DNA of 64,000 nucleotides from Rhizodiscina lignyota (Eukaryota): NCBI GenBank assembly GCA_010015805.1, contig ML978123.1, positions 3,100,001 to 3,164,000 of the forward strand, read 5' to 3'. Shown piece by piece: positions 60,714 to 64,000 of this stretch (position 1 is its first letter; each line of letters starts with the position of its first letter). The notes under the pieces were generated by a model. It saw only the letters and a program-made list of their open reading frames with translations, ran no database searches and was not told where the DNA came from. The position numbers and the translations under genes were made by a program.

Positions 60714-63262
60714 TCACAGGAGGTTCCGCAGTGTCTTCAGCTCAGGACTTGCGCTTTCTTTGGACTTCAGCGTCAACACGGCCGCTTTCTGCGCGAAGTC
60801 GATCAGATATTCGATTCTCGCATCTCCCTTTCCCTTTTCTGCCATTCCTGCAATAATGGCACCAAGGAAGGTATCTCCCACTCCGTTCACACTGACAATA
60901 TCCTCATCCTTCACTCTCTCTATCGCGGGATAATATCGCATGTATACGCCTCCGACTTCTTTCTCTCCTCTGGAGACAATGTATTTTGAACTTCCTCCCT
61001 CTCTTAATCGCGCGTCATCTTGGTTGAGAACCTGGGTAAGCAGAACGCCGTTGGAACCGAGCTTAGTGATAATGCATGATATGAACGGTAGCATCTGAAT
61101 CGCCATCTGAGGCAAACCCTGATCCACCAACTCGACAGGCATAAGCTGGATGAACTTGTCCCTCGCACCTGTCGAAGGAATGCTCAACTCATTGATATAG
61201 CTCCACCAGTTGGCATTATCCATAAGCTCGTTCTGTCTTGCCGCATGATACATCGACGCGAGTTCGAGTGAGTTTGGCGTCGCCAGATCAATCCTTCTAC
61301 CCTCCGTTTCGGCAGTGCCAAACCACATCCTCTCCTCTCTTCGATCAGGGGAGAAGAGCCGTCGACACTTTGCCACGCTAACTGGTTCCAGCACCGTCAT
61401 TGCGCCCACCTCATTCGCATAGTCTAGCCATCGCATGATGATCGGAGCTTCCCAATTCGCATCGACGACCACGATCTTTGGGTCCTCGCCACGCTTGAGA
61501 GTGTCCTGCCAAAAGCTTCGAAAGTTTGCTTCGGACCAGAGACCCCGGTCTTCGAATATACTCATATCGGCCATAGCAAGCACAAGGTCCTTCCTTGCGT
61601 CATTAACCGCAATGTACTGCGCGGTCCTGCCACCGCTCGTGGGGTGTTGTATTTCTCGACTATTGGCGACGCGGATCTCCTCCGTCGGGAAATGTCGCTC
61701 TCTCAACTCCGCGATCGCAGAATGGCCAGCAATGTCGTCGCCCACAAGACTGCAAAATCGCACCGGTATGTTAAGATAGTGGAGGGCTTTGGCAACGTTG
61801 TGACCTACGCCGCCAATGGACTGCGTGATTGCTGCTGGATTTGACGTATGTGAATCGGGAGAGATGGCGCTGCGCGGATCGAGAGGGGCGAAATCGCACG
61901 AGAGGTCTACGGCGAGGGCCCCCGCTACGAGGACAGCGGGTGAGCCGATTAACTGCGGTTGATCAGGAGATGCGGAAGAGAGGAATAGTTCTGAGTGATG
62001 AGAAGGAGATTGGGTGGAGTGCGTCGTCGTAGATGCAGCAGACACTGGCGCAGTGTGGAATATTGGAGCAGATTCACGTCTTTCTCCAGGCCTATATGAG
62101 CATACAAAGTCTATCCCAATGTACAGGTTGAGTTTGCTCACCCTGAACCCAGACTTTCCGCTTCCAGCTTTGCCAGTTCCACTGCAACTCGCGTCCCTCG
62201 CTGGACATTTGAGGATACCAGGGCATGGTTCGCCGCGACGCTCTTCCCGTTCGTGAGTTCTTTAATCTTGGATAATATATATGGCGTATTATCCTTTCCG
62301 CTGATGCCATTTTCCTCCGCCTCTTGTACAGCCGACGCGATAATGTCGTCTATGTACTCCTTGGGTATTGCGGCCGACTCAGGGATTGGATTTGCAAAGA
62401 GCAGTCCCGATGAAAGTTGAAGCGTCATTTGCGCGTCTATTACACGTTAGTCCATCTACTCTGCGCGCTCTCTGGAGCACAATGACTCCTTACGAACTAC
62501 AGCCGCAGCTTCCCTCTCATCCCTCACCGTCATCGGACTCTTCACCCCGCTCTCCCTCGCCCAGAATGCCGGGAAATCCACATTTCCCTTTCGCCCATCT
62601 GCAAACGTAGCCACCCCGACGCCCTGCGTCTCCAGATACTCAATCGTGCGCGGGATATCCAAAAAACTTTTGCATCCACTACTAACCACTGCCACCGGAG
62701 TCCGTCCCAATTCCGTCAAATCTGCTGAGACATCCATACTCACCTCCCCGCCACGATGCACGCCGCCCAGGCCACCAGTTGCGAAAACCTTGATACCAGC
62801 CAGATGCGCCAACACCATGGTCCCCGCGATCGTGGTGCCGCCATGGAACGACTTCCCGGCTAGTCTCAGGCCCGTTGCGAATGCTAGGTCGCGCCTCGAG
62901 ATCTTGAGTACATCTTGCTTCCCAACGGATGAGGTGAGTCTGATGAGTTCATCTGGTGATAGACCCACATGCGCGACGCCATCGAGGATGCCGATGGTTG
63001 CGGGGACCGCGCCATTTACGCGCACGATGGACTCAAGCTCTGAGGCGAGCGCGACATTTGAAGGGTAGGGGAAGCCGTGGGTGTAGATTGTGGTTTCTAG
63101 TGCGACGACTGGGCGATTGGAGTGGATTGCTTCGCGGATCTCTTCTGATATGACGAGAAATGGGTTGTCTGGGGCGATTGTGGCCTTTCTCCTCATCCGC
63201 GACACTTGATATGCACCCTTGCTCTTTCTTATTCCCCTGAAGGCTAATTGTGGGCGAAACAT
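60714..63262 (-). CDS. Bifunctional pseudouridine-5'-phosphate glycosidase (PsuG/IndA) fused to a PfkB-family kinase
   Basis: PVVALETTIYTHGFPYP, GTTIAGTM, ATGGLGGVHR, DVSADLTELGRTP and GKDNTP, then GGVGHNVA and VNGVGDTFLGA. Introns link the three ORFs. Confidence 0.92.
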
Positions 63263-63700
63263 GTTCCTTTATGGCTTGCTATGGAATCATACTCGCCGGA
63301 AGATCTTGGAGTCGCGAAGATAGATAGCTCAAAGAGGAATAGCTGTTGGAGTGACAAGTTTTTCATAAACCCTAACCCTATTCGAAAAATTGGCGATAGA
63401 CACAACCACCTCTCCCACAATCTCTTCATCCTTTCGGCAACGTGATTATTCTAGATCGGTACCGAATCTCCATACTTTCTCGTCCTTTCCAGCACTTATT
63501 CTCTGTGCCTCGACCACTCTGCCAGCCAGACAGCTCCCGTGAGCTCCTCAATGGCAAAAATTCATCTTCCGCAATTCTAGGAAGACTCTGGACCAACAGA
63601 ATACTAATGATTGATATTTTGTTATCTTTCCTTCAGTATGGGCTTCCATATACCATTCTGTCACTCTTCCGATCGTACTCCTTTCGCCCGTCCGTTCATC

Positions 63701-64000
63701 CTAATGTTGTACAACGATCGAAAAGAAATGTACATCTGATAGCGTAGCGCCCTGATTATAATTCCCAACTTTGAAATAGCTCAACGGCGCATTCAGCTGA
63801 TACGTGCTCAATCCCTTGGTGGGTTCGTCGTTGAGGGTCACGGAAAGCTTGTTTGACTCGTATGCTATCTCGTACGTAAAGTTCCCTCCGACAGGGACGT
63901 TGCCGATGTACGTTGGGACCTCATTTCCTCCCGTCCTGTTGCGTTCGACGCCCATATTTAGATCTCCTGCCGAACTATAATATAGTTCGCATACCGGCTT
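63701..64000 (-). CDS. Polysaccharide lyase family 7 (alginate/glucuronan lyase), C-terminal part; 5' end outside window
   Basis: KPVCELYY and the PL7 C-terminal motif SYFKVGNYNQG. Confidence 0.85.
   Translation of the reverse strand, partial: KPVCELYYSSAGDLNMGVERNRTGGNEVPTYIGNVPVGGNFTYEIAYESNKLSVTLNDEPTKGLSTYQLNAPLSYFKVGNYNQGATLSDVHFFSIVVQH

Noticed and set aside
1..64000. CRISPR arrays, tRNA/rRNA genes, intact transposons
   Set aside because: No repeat-spacer arrays, cloverleafs, transposase/RT ORFs, LTRs or TIRs recognised by eye; the sequence is eukaryotic.

Overview
Gene-dense, intron-containing DNA from a filamentous ascomycete fungus (short GT-AG introns with CTRAY-type branch points; no rRNA, tRNA, CRISPR array or intact transposon seen). 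It holds about 30 genes. Housekeeping genes include eL42/RPL42, ISU1, SLD2, mitochondrial uL11, a RED-family splicing protein and a PsuG-PfkB pseudouridine-catabolism fusion. CAZymes and other enzymes include a laccase, carboxylesterase, DUF5695, GH43, PL7, a CocE hydrolase, an AKR7 reductase and a Gfo/Idh/MocA oxidoreductase. There are also two MFS transporters and a Zn2Cys6 factor. The most interesting accessory elements are: (1) a compact trio of a DUF6594-like membrane protein, a 73-aa spliced gene missed by the ORF track and a divergent caspase-like protease with an intact His/Cys dyad, a candidate protease-gated defence or cell-death module; (2) two genes with HeLo-like N-termini, both broken by a 1-nt frameshift in that domain, one with a HeLo-like/EF-hand/C2/WW architecture and the other an ankyrin gene with two in-frame TAG stops; (3) three orphan F-box-like paralogs; (4) a Kex2-processed 6-Cys secreted peptide; (5) relics of an FMO and a GH5 mannanase. 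All family calls come from recalled motifs, not database searches, and exon boundaries were inferred by eye.
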